Source of the DNA: Candidatus Aenigmatarchaeota archaeon
GTDB lineage: Archaea > Aenigmatarchaeota > Aenigmatarchaeia > CG10238-14 > SCSR01
Reading direction: 5' to 3'
NCBI GenBank assembly: GCA_016187415.1
Contig: JACPJT010000007.1
Coordinates: forward strand, 132,821 to 196,820
Length of the DNA stretch: 64,000 bases
Part shown: positions 38,168 through 47,807 of the stretch, one piece after another
Position numbering within the stretch: the first letter of the stretch is position 1
How the letters are laid out: each line of letters opens with the position of its first letter
Made by a program: the position numbers and the translations under genes
The notes under the pieces: model-generated
What the model saw: only the letters and a program-made list of their open reading frames with translations
Databases searched by the model: none
What the model was told of the DNA's origin: nothing

Positions 38168-38826
38168 CATCCAAGCATCTGGCTCAGATTATCTTTCATG
38201 GTCAGGCCCCGAAAGACATATTTCTCATCTATTATTACTGACGGGTATTTTGTTATGTTGAATTGGCTCGTTATGGCGCCGACTACAACCAAGTCCGTAT
38301 CGACTGTTATAGGAATAAGCATCATCTTCTTGCCGCATTTCCCCTTCAGGTCCAAAAGTATGGATGACTGGACCTTGTTGTTCACTTCCTCCCCAGTTGT
38401 TGTGTTTTTTTTGTTGGACAGATACACAACTGTATGGTAATCGAAGTTGCATTGCTGTTTCAGTTCTATGCTGTTTAGCCAGAACTGCGTCTGCAACAGG
38501 GTGTATCTCCTCCATTCCTGCTGGACGTCCGGCGTGAATATGTTTGCGTCAATTTTCTTTTCGATTTCCTTGCCAGCGCTATAAATTTTATCGTTGTACG
38601 CGAGATTCTGTTGGAGCGCAGAACTGCAGTAATCCTTCCCGAATTTCTGGAAATAGTTGTTCAGCAGTCTTGCGTCATTGAAATTTATGTCGGATTCGGA
38701 TAAGGTATTCCTGATGCTGTCCAGTCTGAAATTATCCAGCCACATCCCGATCATCACGCCGACCAGAAGTACGAAAATTGATAAAATCCCGGCCTGTATG
38801 TACACCCTTTTCATTTTGTGAGCCAT
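38164..38826 (-). CDS. Membrane-anchored hypothetical protein
   Basis: An N-terminal TM helix is present. No motif was recognised. Confidence 0.4.
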   Translation of the reverse strand: MAHKMKRVYIQAGILSIFVLLVGVMIGMWLDNFRLDSIRNTLSESDINFNDARLLNNYFQKFGKDYCSSALQQNLAYNDKIYSAGKEIEKKIDANIFTPDVQQEWRRYTLLQTQFWLNSIELKQQCNFDYHTVVYLSNKKNTTTGEEVNNKVQSSILLDLKGKCGKKMMLIPITVDTDLVVVGAITSQFNITKYPSVIIDEKYVFRGLTMKDNLSQMLGC

Positions 38827-40037
38827 CCCCTTTCCATTCTGCCGAACTTGTATAATGAAACTAAAAGATTTAGAGTTAAAAGGGTTGGGTATAGTGTTAT
38901 AAAAAGTGCGAGAATGAATATGTTCGGTATGTCCTTATGCACGACAGCGCTCAGCCTGATAACAAAAAGCGCAAGCAGAAACATTATAAACCCGTAGATG
39001 AAAAGCAGATCAACATTGTAGATGAGTTCGAAATGGGCGAATGGATTGACGCCGAACGAAAATGCCTTCAGCAGAAAAAGCGCGTAGTTGAATAATTTCG
39101 TGAAAATTATATAACCGAAAATGCTGGTTCCCAGCAAAGAAATGAAATAACCAAATATTGATGTCGGCACTATCCAGTTGCCGACTCCGTGAGACTTACC
39201 GTCGAAGATGGTTCCAAAGTACTTGAGTATTGTTTGTACGCCCCCTATAACCCATCTTTTTCTCTGCTTCCACCAGAACTTCAAGGTGTCTGGATAAAGG
39301 CTGTAAACCATCGCATCGAAAGCCATTCTCACCTTATAGCCGTGTTTCAAAAGTCTCCAAGTAATTTCAACGTCTTCTATCAGGTTTTTTGCATCAAAGC
39401 CGCCAAGTTTGACAAGTATGTCCTTTCTATAGACACTCAATGGTCCTGGCGTGGCTGTTATAACGTTCACCTGTTCCTGGGCCTTCCTCATCACCGATAT
39501 GATCATGAATTCAGCATGCTGCAACCTTTCCCAAAGAGTTTTCCTTCTTTTAACAAGAATGTGCGCAGTTACCGCGGCCACATCCTTTCCGTCAAAATAT
39601 CCCATACATTGCCTCAACGCATTTTTATCTAGGAAACTGTCTGCGTCCATGACAGCCACGAATTCGTATTTTGCGCGCTTTATTCCAAAATTAAGCGATG
39701 ATGCCTTTCCCGTGTTTCGTTTTCTTATGACTCGTACATTGCCGGATTCGTATTTTTTGGCAATTTCATAAGTTTTGTCCGTGCTGCCGTCATCGACAAC
39801 AATGACTTCAAACTTGTTTTTAGGATAGTCTATGGAGAGTAGCTTTTCCAAGCTTTGGCCTATTATTTTTTCTTCATTGTAGGCAGGAACAATCACACTG
39901 ACATTGGGAAGATGACGGTCGTTTAACTGTTTCTTCCTGAGCTTGCCGCCGCTTTCAAACCAGAGAATGAGATGGAAGAATGTGAAATAGCTCAGGCAAA
40001 GCAGTATGATTATGAAAATAATGTCAGTCAATTGCAT
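38811..40037 (-). CDS. Family-2 glycosyltransferase (processive, cellulose/chitin-synthase-like) with membrane domains
   Basis: 'VIVPAYNEE...VIVVDDGSTDKT' is the GT-A DXD region, and 'QRKRW' is the QxxRW motif. TM helices flank the domain. Confidence 0.75.
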   Translation of the reverse strand: MQLTDIIFIIILLCLSYFTFFHLILWFESGGKLRKKQLNDRHLPNVSVIVPAYNEEKIIGQSLEKLLSIDYPKNKFEVIVVDDGSTDKTYEIAKKYESGNVRVIRKRNTGKASSLNFGIKRAKYEFVAVMDADSFLDKNALRQCMGYFDGKDVAAVTAHILVKRRKTLWERLQHAEFMIISVMRKAQEQVNVITATPGPLSVYRKDILVKLGGFDAKNLIEDVEITWRLLKHGYKVRMAFDAMVYSLYPDTLKFWWKQRKRWVIGGVQTILKYFGTIFDGKSHGVGNWIVPTSIFGYFISLLGTSIFGYIIFTKLFNYALFLLKAFSFGVNPFAHFELIYNVDLLFIYGFIMFLLALFVIRLSAVVHKDIPNIFILALFITLYPTLLTLNLLVSLYKFGRMERGWLTK

Positions 40038-40045
40038 TGTTTCAC

Positions 40046-40387
40046 CTAAAGCAACTTCAGTTTTCCGGTTATCTTGTTAACTTTTGTCTCTTCAACGGGT
40101 CCTATGCCCAAGGCGGTTGGCGTCCCGGTTTTAAGTTGCGTCAGCCCGGCATCCTTCACAAGAACATACGGCATGCCCGATTTTCTGATTTTACTCTCCA
40201 GATCTTTTAGTTCTTTCACGCCGTTTATTTTCAGGACAACTTTCTTGCTCCCTTCGTTCTCCCATTTTTCAACGATTCCAGCATCGCTTTTCTTCAGCGC
40301 ACCGATCGCGGCATGCAATGCCTGGGAAATTAGTTTGCCATTGCTCATGCCGATATCCTTTCTAAGGACGATTACTTGTTTGTACAT
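40046..40387 (-). CDS. pth2: Peptidyl-tRNA hydrolase Pth2
   Basis: The 113-aa product reads 'KQVIVLRKDIGMSNGKLISQALHAAIGA'. Confidence 0.75.
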   Translation of the reverse strand: MYKQVIVLRKDIGMSNGKLISQALHAAIGALKKSDAGIVEKWENEGSKKVVLKINGVKELKDLESKIRKSGMPYVLVKDAGLTQLKTGTPTALGIGPVEETKVNKITGKLKLL

Positions 40388-40808
40388 AGATTAGATTTAG
40401 CTTACTAGAATAAATTTCGCTACAATAGGCACTGTCAAGGATCCGGCGTACGATGTCAAATGGAAACGGCAGGAACGCGCAAATTAGTATTAGCCAGAAA
40501 CCCATATTGGAATAAATTTTTTCAAATCTTTTGAGGAATCTGGGAACCTTCTTTTCAAATTTCTCAATGGCTGCGCTGCCGCCAAGACCGGCGAAATAGC
40601 CTATGGTTTCACCAAGTGCTGATCCGAATCCGCCAACCAGTCCGGCCAATAACGGATTCAAGCCAATTCCAACTGCGACCAAAACAGGAAAATATGATGG
40701 AAATGGCAGCACAGGAATCAGGATGCTGGAACTTGAAATGAAGCTCGTTATGAAAACGGCCAGGTAACTCCCATGATAGAGCAAATTAAGAAAAGTATCA
40801 AGAACCAT
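40362..40808 (-). CDS. DedA/TVP38-family membrane protein
   Basis: 'GETIGYFAGLGG' is the DedA motif, with flanking TM helices. Confidence 0.55.
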   Translation of the reverse strand: MVLDTFLNLLYHGSYLAVFITSFISSSSILIPVLPFPSYFPVLVAVGIGLNPLLAGLVGGFGSALGETIGYFAGLGGSAAIEKFEKKVPRFLKRFEKIYSNMGFWLILICAFLPFPFDIVRRILDSAYCSEIYSSKLNLIYVQTSNRP

Positions 40809-40846
40809 TATTTTTTATTGTTATCATTAATTATATATCTAAGATA

Positions 40847-40977
40847 GCCCTGTCGTCTAGTGGTCAAGGATAGTGTAATAACACACCCTTAAACGAGGCT
40901 TTGGACTTCATGTCTAAAGCTCTGATAAAAGATGAAGGAAGAACCCTCGGGACTGCGGTTCGAATCCGCACGGGGCT
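40847..40977 (+). tRNA. Intron-containing tRNA, identity uncertain (possibly Gln-TTG), with ~55 nt of intervening sequence in one or two blocks
   Basis: The acceptor GCCCTGT/ACGGGGC and T-arm TGCGGTTCGAATCCGCA are clear. A candidate anticodon arm is CGAGG-CTTTGG[...]C-CCTCG. The D/anticodon region is not resolvable by eye. Confidence 0.5.
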
Positions 40978-41578
40978 ATATTCTTTTTCTTAGATACCAC
41001 GCGATCAATACAATGACTCCTGCGATTACGGCAATGTCAAGAAACGTTGTATATCTTAGAATTGCATTCCAGTTTCTCCCGAGTATTACGCCAATATAAG
41101 TTAGGATTATATTCCAAGGCAGTGATCCAAAAAGAGTGAAAAAAGAAAATTTCAACGGATTCATCTTGGTTATGCCGGCTGGCAGGGAAATGTATGTTCT
41201 CACCGCCGGCAGATTTCGGCTCAGAAAAATAATCTTGCTGCCGAATTTGCGGAACCATTTATCCGCCAAATCCAAATGGCTTTCGTCAATCAGGATGTAT
41301 CTTCCGTATCTTAGGACAAGTCTTCTTCCCAAGAAAGATCCCAGAAAATATGCTATAAGCGAACCCGCCAAGTTCCCCAAAGTACCAGCCGCAATGACGT
41401 AGTAAAGATTTAACTCGCCCGACGCCACTAAAAATCCGGAAAACGGCATGATCACCTCGCTTGGGACCGGTATGAGAGCACTTTCCAAGAGCATCAGCAG
41501 AAATATACCAACATATCCCACCTGAGAAATCACACCAGTGACGACACCAACCAAAAGTTCTACCAATACCATAAACAC
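40976..41578 (-). CDS. DedA/TVP38-family membrane protein
   Basis: The 200-aa product reads 'GTLGNLAGSLIAYFLGSFLGRRLVLRYGRY...FLSRNLPAVRTYISLPAG'. Confidence 0.65.
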   Translation of the reverse strand: MFMVLVELLVGVVTGVISQVGYVGIFLLMLLESALIPVPSEVIMPFSGFLVASGELNLYYVIAAGTLGNLAGSLIAYFLGSFLGRRLVLRYGRYILIDESHLDLADKWFRKFGSKIIFLSRNLPAVRTYISLPAGITKMNPLKFSFFTLFGSLPWNIILTYIGVILGRNWNAILRYTTFLDIAVIAGVIVLIAWYLRKRI

Positions 41579-41620
41579 AATTAACCTTGCTAAATAAATT
41601 AGTAGATGTAAGGCGAGTAG

Positions 41621-42034
41621 ATGGTAATCCTTGAAATGCTCATAGTTGTCTTGTTCGCGGTCGTTATTTTCCTAACAGTAAGGTACGTCTCCCTTAGAGC
41701 GTCTTTCGATCAGAAAATCAAGGACTGGATTGAAAATGAGGAACAGAGAATAAGAAAGGATGCCATAGAAAGGAGCGCACGGACGTTGTCCGGAAAGACG
41801 TTGGAAAAACTAATTCCGTTTTTGGACAGATTCCAGTACGATCCGCACGATTTGAGATGGCTCGGCGATCCGGTGGATTTCATAATTTTTGACGGCTATT
41901 CCTCTGAAAAGTCGCCCAAGCAAATAGTGTTTTGCGAAGTCAAGTCTGGAAACAGCAATTTGAGCAAAGTCCAGAATGAAATCAAGGAACTGGTTGACAA
42001 GAAGAAAGTCAGATGGTCTGAATTTAGAATATAA
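41621..42034 (+). CDS. Membrane-anchored PD-(D/E)xK (Hjc-like) nuclease-fold protein
   Basis: An N-terminal TM helix is followed by 'GDPVDFIIFDG...IVFCEVKSG', i.e. D...E-x-K. Confidence 0.45.
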   Translation: MVILEMLIVVLFAVVIFLTVRYVSLRASFDQKIKDWIENEEQRIRKDAIERSARTLSGKTLEKLIPFLDRFQYDPHDLRWLGDPVDFIIFDGYSSEKSPKQIVFCEVKSGNSNLSKVQNEIKELVDKKKVRWSEFRI

Positions 42035-42216
42035 AAAAGAAAAAAATAAAAAATCTAAAAAATCTTTGTTAAAAAACTATCGCTTCTTTTTCTTTGCCAA
42101 ATTCCACACCTCGCTTTATTGATAATATTATTTCGCATTTTTTACATATAAATGTTATCCATTTTTCCAAAACAAAATTTTGAAAGAATTTATTTGATTA
42201 AATCGAATTATTTCAA

Positions 42217-42450
42217 ATGAAAATAAAAATTTCGGCGACATTTCTCGGAAAATGCTCTGTATGCAAAAAGAAAGTGATTGTCTTCACTGCAGGCGATGAA
42301 GATTCGCAGAAAACGGCCTCGATTTGCAAAGAATGCGCTGACCGCTTGGGAAGCGAAAGCACGGAACAATTAATTCAAGATTTTGGCGTTATAGACAAGG
42401 AATCATTTAAACAAGGAATCAAATTCGAGAAGAAACCCAGAGCAGGGTGA
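42217..42450 (+). CDS. Small Zn-ribbon protein
   Basis: 'CSVCKKK...CKEC' is present. Confidence 0.4.
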   Translation: MKIKISATFLGKCSVCKKKVIVFTAGDEDSQKTASICKECADRLGSESTEQLIQDFGVIDKESFKQGIKFEKKPRAG

Positions 42451-42485
42451 GAGATTATTTTATTTGCTGATCAATCCAAATTTTA

Positions 42486-43262
42486 TTGATGACATCCAGA
42501 CTTCTTTTGGTTGTTTCGGCTTTGGTCATCCTTGCCATCATCTCAGGATTTACAGGGTATTTCATATTCACCGCAGAGCATGACACCACGGCAAATGTTA
42601 CAAAAGTTATAGATGGCGACACCGTAGAAATTGGCACAGGCGAAAGGGTCAGATTATTGGGCATCAATGCGCCAGAGACAAACGAACATTATTACAAGGA
42701 AGCAAAAGAAAAGTTAATTAGATTGGTTCAGGGCAAGGATGTCGTGCTGAAAGCTGGATTTCAGGACAAGGATTTGTACGGAAGGCTGTTGAGGTACATC
42801 TTTGTAAACGGTTCTTTCGTTAATCTTGAGATGGTGAAAGGCGGATATGTCACAGTTTATGTAATTGACCCCGAGGAAAAATACTATCTGGAATTCAAGA
42901 AAGCGGAAAGTGATGCGAGAAGCAAGATGCTGGGTTTATGGAACGCTTCAAGTTTCGGATCTTGCATAACGCTTGCTGAGTTGCATTACACCGGCACAGA
43001 ATACGCAGTATTTCACAACAGTTGCGGCTATCCGATAAAGATGGACAAATGGGAAGTGAAAGACGAGGGCACGCACATCTATGTATTCGGTTCGTTCACA
43101 CTCAATACAAATTCGAGTGTCACACTGTTTATAGCATCCGGCAAGGATACCAGTGAAAAGCTTTATTGGAACAGCAAAACTACCATCTGGAACAACAATG
43201 GCGACACGCTGTTTTTGCGCGACGATAATGGAAATCTGGTTCTGAGTTATAATTACCCTTAG
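42486..43262 (+). CDS. Membrane-anchored thermonuclease (SNase-like) with a C-terminal lamin-tail-like beta domain
   Basis: An N-terminal TM helix precedes 'VIDGDTVEI...RVRLLGINAPE...DLYGRLLRY' SNase motifs. A C-terminal beta-rich segment follows. Confidence 0.65.
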   Translation: MMTSRLLLVVSALVILAIISGFTGYFIFTAEHDTTANVTKVIDGDTVEIGTGERVRLLGINAPETNEHYYKEAKEKLIRLVQGKDVVLKAGFQDKDLYGRLLRYIFVNGSFVNLEMVKGGYVTVYVIDPEEKYYLEFKKAESDARSKMLGLWNASSFGSCITLAELHYTGTEYAVFHNSCGYPIKMDKWEVKDEGTHIYVFGSFTLNTNSSVTLFIASGKDTSEKLYWNSKTTIWNNNGDTLFLRDDNGNLVLSYNYP

Positions 43263-43392
43263 CGGGATTTAGAATCCTTGGTTTCCAATGCCACAGGACC
43301 CTGATAATTGCATATCCTGCAACGGTACATCATGCCCAGCCAAGGCATGAAATTCAATGTGTTTTTCCGTTTACATTTCGGGCATTGCATAT

Positions 43393-43911
43393 CTATAACA
43401 ACTGTTCGGTTGTTAATAACCATCTAACAGGATATTTCAAATCCGCTTCCCCTCTTTTAACGACAACATAACATCCTACAATTTTTGCGCGGGTGGGTTC
43501 TAGCTCAGTGATAATTCGTTGCAGGCTTCCTCCGGTTGTTATTATATCATCGATTACAGCTATCCTGTCATTTTCGTTTGGTATATAGCCGTCTACACTA
43601 GTCATTCTACTATAATCCTTGGGTTTTCTCCTTACTAGCGTTAAATTTAGATTATGGTCATGCGCTAGAATTGTCGCAGGTGAAATACCCCCATATCCCA
43701 TAGCAGCTACACACGTGACATCTTTATCCATTAGTTTCCACAGTTCCTCAACAATCATCTTGCGCGTGTCCGGATACCCGTATGCTTCTCTTAAATCGAT
43801 ATAGTAATCTGATATATTGCCAGAGCTTAATTTAAATTTCCCTTTGTGAACAACGCCAATTTCATGTAAACGACGAGTTAATCTTTCCATCATATTTGTT
43901 AAAGGAAGCAA
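43393..43911 (-). CDS. pyrE: Orotate phosphoribosyltransferase
   Basis: 'VIDDIITTGGSL' is the PRPP-binding motif. Confidence 0.8.
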   Translation of the reverse strand: MLPLTNMMERLTRRLHEIGVVHKGKFKLSSGNISDYYIDLREAYGYPDTRKMIVEELWKLMDKDVTCVAAMGYGGISPATILAHDHNLNLTLVRRKPKDYSRMTSVDGYIPNENDRIAVIDDIITTGGSLQRIITELEPTRAKIVGCYVVVKRGEADLKYPVRWLLTTEQLL

Positions 43912-43983
43912 ACTATATATTTCCGAATTGCCTTTCTTTAAATCACTTCAACTATTTATTTTTCTATTCTCATTGTGAAATGA

Positions 43984-44931
43984 ATGAGTTTACAGCATGC
44001 TATAGATTTGTTATACGAGGACAAGTTTATACCTTTGGCTCAATGGCTTTTGAAAACATTTCCTGTTGAAAAATTAGTCGGTGATATAGGGGACTACAGA
44101 TTGAAAGTAAATCTGGGCGGGGTTGAGCTACCAAGTCCGGTTATTCTCTCTTCACAGCATTATGATCCACGAATTCTGGAAAAATACATGCGAATGGGAT
44201 TTGGCGCAGTTACGACAAAAACTATAACTCCAGAGCCCAGACAAGGACATCCAAAAGTGACTTTGGTAAGAAGAGGGAGCGGTCTGGTTAACTGCAACGG
44301 ATTTAAAAATCCAGGAATGGCCACTTACAAAGAAATTTTACAAGGAATGCACAGAACGAAACCGTTGATAGTAAGCGTGGCAGGCGATACGGCAGAAGAG
44401 TATGGCGCTCTTGTTAAAACTTTAGGTCCCTATTCAGATTTAAGTGAACTTGACATTTCTTCTCCGAATAGAAATTCTGTTTATTCGATTAGTAGCGACA
44501 AAGGAAAAGCACGAGAAATATTCGCTAGATCAAGGGACGGTACTGATAAACCAATAATTGTAAAACTTTCGCCAGACTTTGAAGATAGTAATTATGGTTT
44601 TATAATTCCAGCAGCTATAGAAAGCGGTATCAATATAATAAACTTTGGAAACACAAGACGAATTGAAGAGCCGAGGTTGTCTCAAGGATTTGGCGGTTAC
44701 AGTGGTCCAGATCTTTTTAACAACGTTTTGAATAACATTCGTAGAATTCGTAAATTATTCGGTTATGATATACAACTCATTGCCACTGGCGGTATTGACA
44801 GTCCCAAAAAAGCTTACCAACTGCTAAAATATGCTCATGCCGATGCTGTTTCCTATTTTACTGCATCAAGGTCGCCGAGTGGTTTATTCTTAGCACAACG
44901 GATAAATCGTCATTTACTTGACCAGCCATGA
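43984..44931 (+). CDS. pyrD: Dihydroorotate dehydrogenase (class 1, catalytic subunit)
   Basis: 'GFGAVTTKTITPEPRQGHPKV...VNCNGFKNPG' is the DHOD signature. Confidence 0.75.
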   Translation: MSLQHAIDLLYEDKFIPLAQWLLKTFPVEKLVGDIGDYRLKVNLGGVELPSPVILSSQHYDPRILEKYMRMGFGAVTTKTITPEPRQGHPKVTLVRRGSGLVNCNGFKNPGMATYKEILQGMHRTKPLIVSVAGDTAEEYGALVKTLGPYSDLSELDISSPNRNSVYSISSDKGKAREIFARSRDGTDKPIIVKLSPDFEDSNYGFIIPAAIESGINIINFGNTRRIEEPRLSQGFGGYSGPDLFNNVLNNIRRIRKLFGYDIQLIATGGIDSPKKAYQLLKYAHADAVSYFTASRSPSGLFLAQRINRHLLDQP

Positions 44932-45086
44932 AATGGTTAGTTATCCAACGCTTCTCGGTCTCAAATTCCAAAACAGAAAAGCACTTGTTGCAAACGGGAC
45001 TGCCGTTCTTAATGACTATCTTATCCATCGATAATCTGCCATGTGTTTTGCACAGTACGCGGGCCTTGATAGAATCCACCTGGAGT

Positions 45087-45512
45087 TTATCCGCCGCGGT
45101 ATGCTGGGAATTGCATGGAAAGCAGACTTGCGATGCTCGCAATCAATTTCGGCTCGACAACTGCAATGTCAGTCACTGTAAGAATCCCCTTTATCTTTTT
45201 GTTCTCGACCACCGGCAATTCCTTTATCTTGTTCTCGATCATCACATCAACTGCACTCTGAAGAGTGGTATCGGGATCCACGGTAAAAACCCTTTTGGAC
45301 ATGACTTCTTCGATCAAAGTGTTCTGGGGCTGTTTGTCCTGCGCAACAGCGCGTACTATGTCGGTGCTGGTGACAATGCCGGTTATCTTGTCCTTCTCAA
45401 CGACAACAAGGCTCCCTATCTTCGCCTTGGCCATGAATTCCGATGCCTGTTTGACCGTAGCATCCTTTTTTATGATTACAACATTTTTGTTCATGACTTC
45501 GCTGACTAACAT
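45087..45512 (-). CDS. CBS-domain pair protein
   Basis: Two CBS repeats are present: '...GSLVVVEKDKITGIVTSTDIV' and '...ELPVVENKKIKGILTVTDI'. Confidence 0.7.
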   Translation of the reverse strand: MLVSEVMNKNVVIIKKDATVKQASEFMAKAKIGSLVVVEKDKITGIVTSTDIVRAVAQDKQPQNTLIEEVMSKRVFTVDPDTTLQSAVDVMIENKIKELPVVENKKIKGILTVTDIAVVEPKLIASIASLLSMQFPAYRGG

Positions 45513-45706
45513 ACAATAACTATTTCAATTTTAACGTATAAATAATATCATGGCGACTGCTTCTAAACACAAAACAAAGAAGATCAATCCCAACATAACG
45601 AGGATAAGAAGGCTCAAGAGACTGGAAGAATTTGTTGAGAAGCAAATCGAAAGATACGTGAAGATACACAAAAAGCACGAGAAAGAGATAACCTACATCC
45701 AATGAA

Positions 45707-46480
45707 TTACTTTTTCCTGTCGGCTTTCTTTGAAAGGTAAATTCCCAGAGCGAACCCCGCTATCAGCAATGCAGCGCCAACAACCAGAACTATGATGAAT
45801 TTGCTTTTCATCGATGTGAAAAACGCGTCTATTATCGGTCTTGTAGTTGATTGAACTTGTTCTGGAAGCGATATCAATGAGAATGACATGGATTCAACAT
45901 AACCGACAAGCAGGAACGGCAGGCCGGTGAATACAAGGTCGAATCCCACGGTTTTCAGTCTCCCGACCCACGTTTTCAAAGACGCGGCCAGCAAGATAAG
46001 TCCGGCAAGACTTGCAATCATAAAGTATGTCTGGACGCTTCTGTAGAACTGGTTGCCTTCATTTGAAAGTATGACAAGAAAATTCTGGGAACCACCGTTT
46101 TTCAAGCAGTCCATGAAACTGCAGTCGTACTTTTTATAATATGCATCCTTGATAAGCGCGGATACGACAAGGTCAGGCAGCTTGGATTTGTCAGTATTTC
46201 TAATATCATTGCAATTCAAGATTATGTTTTGTTGCGCGCCAAGAGGCAATGCCGCCTGGCTCGACTGCGAGCACTGGTACAACAACATGCTCTGCATGGT
46301 TGTCATATCACTTTGGCTGATTTGGGAAAACAGCTGCCCCTTCAGAATATCGCTCGAAATCGCTTTGACATTCTGGAAGCTGGTGAATCCGGCGATTTCC
46401 ATCATCAATATCGAGAAAATCAGGAATACTGTAAATATGGTACTGCCCAAGGCTACGCCCAGACCTCTGAAAAATCCCAT
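45707..46480 (-). CDS. Polytopic membrane protein
   Basis: Several hydrophobic helices are present. No motif was recognised. Confidence 0.4.
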   Translation of the reverse strand: MGFFRGLGVALGSTIFTVFLIFSILMMEIAGFTSFQNVKAISSDILKGQLFSQISQSDMTTMQSMLLYQCSQSSQAALPLGAQQNIILNCNDIRNTDKSKLPDLVVSALIKDAYYKKYDCSFMDCLKNGGSQNFLVILSNEGNQFYRSVQTYFMIASLAGLILLAASLKTWVGRLKTVGFDLVFTGLPFLLVGYVESMSFSLISLPEQVQSTTRPIIDAFFTSMKSKFIIVLVVGAALLIAGFALGIYLSKKADRKK

Positions 46481-46495
46481 TCAAAACCATCCAGT

Positions 46496-47329
46496 TTAAA
46501 AATTACTCAGGAATTCCCTCTTGACGTCTTCCGCATTGTCGGACATTTTTATCTCATTCGGCATCAGGAAATTCCTTACGCCCATCATCAATTTGTGCCA
46601 TTTGACCTTCATTGGTATCTCATAATCCTTTTCAGTCAGGAGTGATGCTATTCTCATAAAATTAATGCTGGCCAGACTGTTCGGCTTGTATTCCAGGAGA
46701 GGGTATTTCATTATCATGCTCTGCATCACATTGCTGTCATGCGGCACTTCTCCCAATACGGGCAGCCCTGTCAGTTCCTCAATCACGTTTTTCTTCAATT
46801 CCTGGGTGCCGTATGTAACCATGTTTGTCAGTATGCTCATCTTCTTCTCGCCGAATTGCCTTAGGACTTCCTTGCACCTAACGACATCGCTGATCATCGG
46901 CACGTGCGGCGATGTCACAAAAAGTATTTCCTTGCATGCGTCCATGACAAACAGAGCTTCCTTTCCCAGACCTGGCGCCGCATCCAATATTACAAAGTCG
47001 GCGTTCTTTTCCAGCTTCGAGAGATGCTTCTTGAATTTCGCCAGTTCGATCCCTATCAGGTCCTCGAATTTTGCAGATGCGGGAAGGTACTTTATGCCAT
47101 TGTAATTGTACAGGGCGGAATGAACATCAATCTTGTCGCGAAGAACATCGTTTATGGTGCCTGTATAGTCGCTTGTCCCCAGATAATAGCTCAAATGCGG
47201 GGTCGATAAGTTGCAATCGACAAGAGTTACATTCTTTTTAAACTCTTTTAATGCAAGTGCAAGGTTGACTGCGACAGTAGACTTGCCTACGCCACCCTTT
47301 CCAGATACAATTCCTATTACTCTTGCCAT
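46496..47329 (-). CDS. minD: MinD/ParA-family ATPase
   Basis: The deviant Walker A 'GIVSGKGGVGKSTVAVNLA' lies at the N-terminus when the start is taken at 'MARVIG'. The ORF is open further upstream to 47671. Confidence 0.7.
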   Translation of the reverse strand: MARVIGIVSGKGGVGKSTVAVNLALALKEFKKNVTLVDCNLSTPHLSYYLGTSDYTGTINDVLRDKIDVHSALYNYNGIKYLPASAKFEDLIGIELAKFKKHLSKLEKNADFVILDAAPGLGKEALFVMDACKEILFVTSPHVPMISDVVRCKEVLRQFGEKKMSILTNMVTYGTQELKKNVIEELTGLPVLGEVPHDSNVMQSMIMKYPLLEYKPNSLASINFMRIASLLTEKDYEIPMKVKWHKLMMGVRNFLMPNEIKMSDNAEDVKREFLSNF

Positions 47330-47462
47330 TTTCCTTTCAGCCTTGCCTTTTAATAAATTTGGGTTTTCCTTTAAATATAGTTTACACTTTTCCAGAATTG
47401 TCAAATCAAATAACTTAAGCGCATTCATAATCAAATATAATAATAAAATTGCGGTTGGTTTC

Positions 47463-47801
47463 ATGGTAGACATATACACAGACGGGTCCGGGAAGACAGG
47501 GCGGTATGCGTACGTCGTGGAACAGACAGGCAGAGTAAAAATCCTCCAAGAAAAGGGAATCACGAACAACGAAGCGGAATATAAGGCAATAATAGCCGCG
47601 CTAAACGAGAACCGCGACAAGGATGTTTCCATACATTCCGACAGCCAGTTGATAGTGAACCAGTTGAACAAAGATTACGCAATCAAGGAGGACAGGCTGA
47701 GAGATTTGGCACAGGAAGTGTGGAAATTGTGCGAAGGCAGGAATGTCACATTCGACTGGTTGCCCAGGGAAAAAAACAAAGCAGGAAAAGTTCTCGGCTG
47801 A
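47463..47801 (+). CDS. rnhA: Ribonuclease HI (minimal type-1 RNase H)
   Basis: 'IYTDGS' (Asp), 'NNEAEYKA' (Glu) and 'HSDSQL' (Asp) are present, with the start at Met 47463. Confidence 0.65.
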   Translation: MVDIYTDGSGKTGRYAYVVEQTGRVKILQEKGITNNEAEYKAIIAALNENRDKDVSIHSDSQLIVNQLNKDYAIKEDRLRDLAQEVWKLCEGRNVTFDWLPREKNKAGKVLG

Positions 47802-47807
47802 TTAAAT

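Noticed and set aside
47211-47462. 84-codon extension upstream of rnhA
   Set aside because: It overlaps the minD start region on the other strand. The conserved RNase H fold starts at 'MVDIYTDGS'.
47330-47671. 114-codon N-terminal extension of the MinD ORF
   Set aside because: Walker A must be near the N-terminus in MinD/ParA proteins, and the extension is hydrophobic junk that overlaps the divergent rnhA promoter region.
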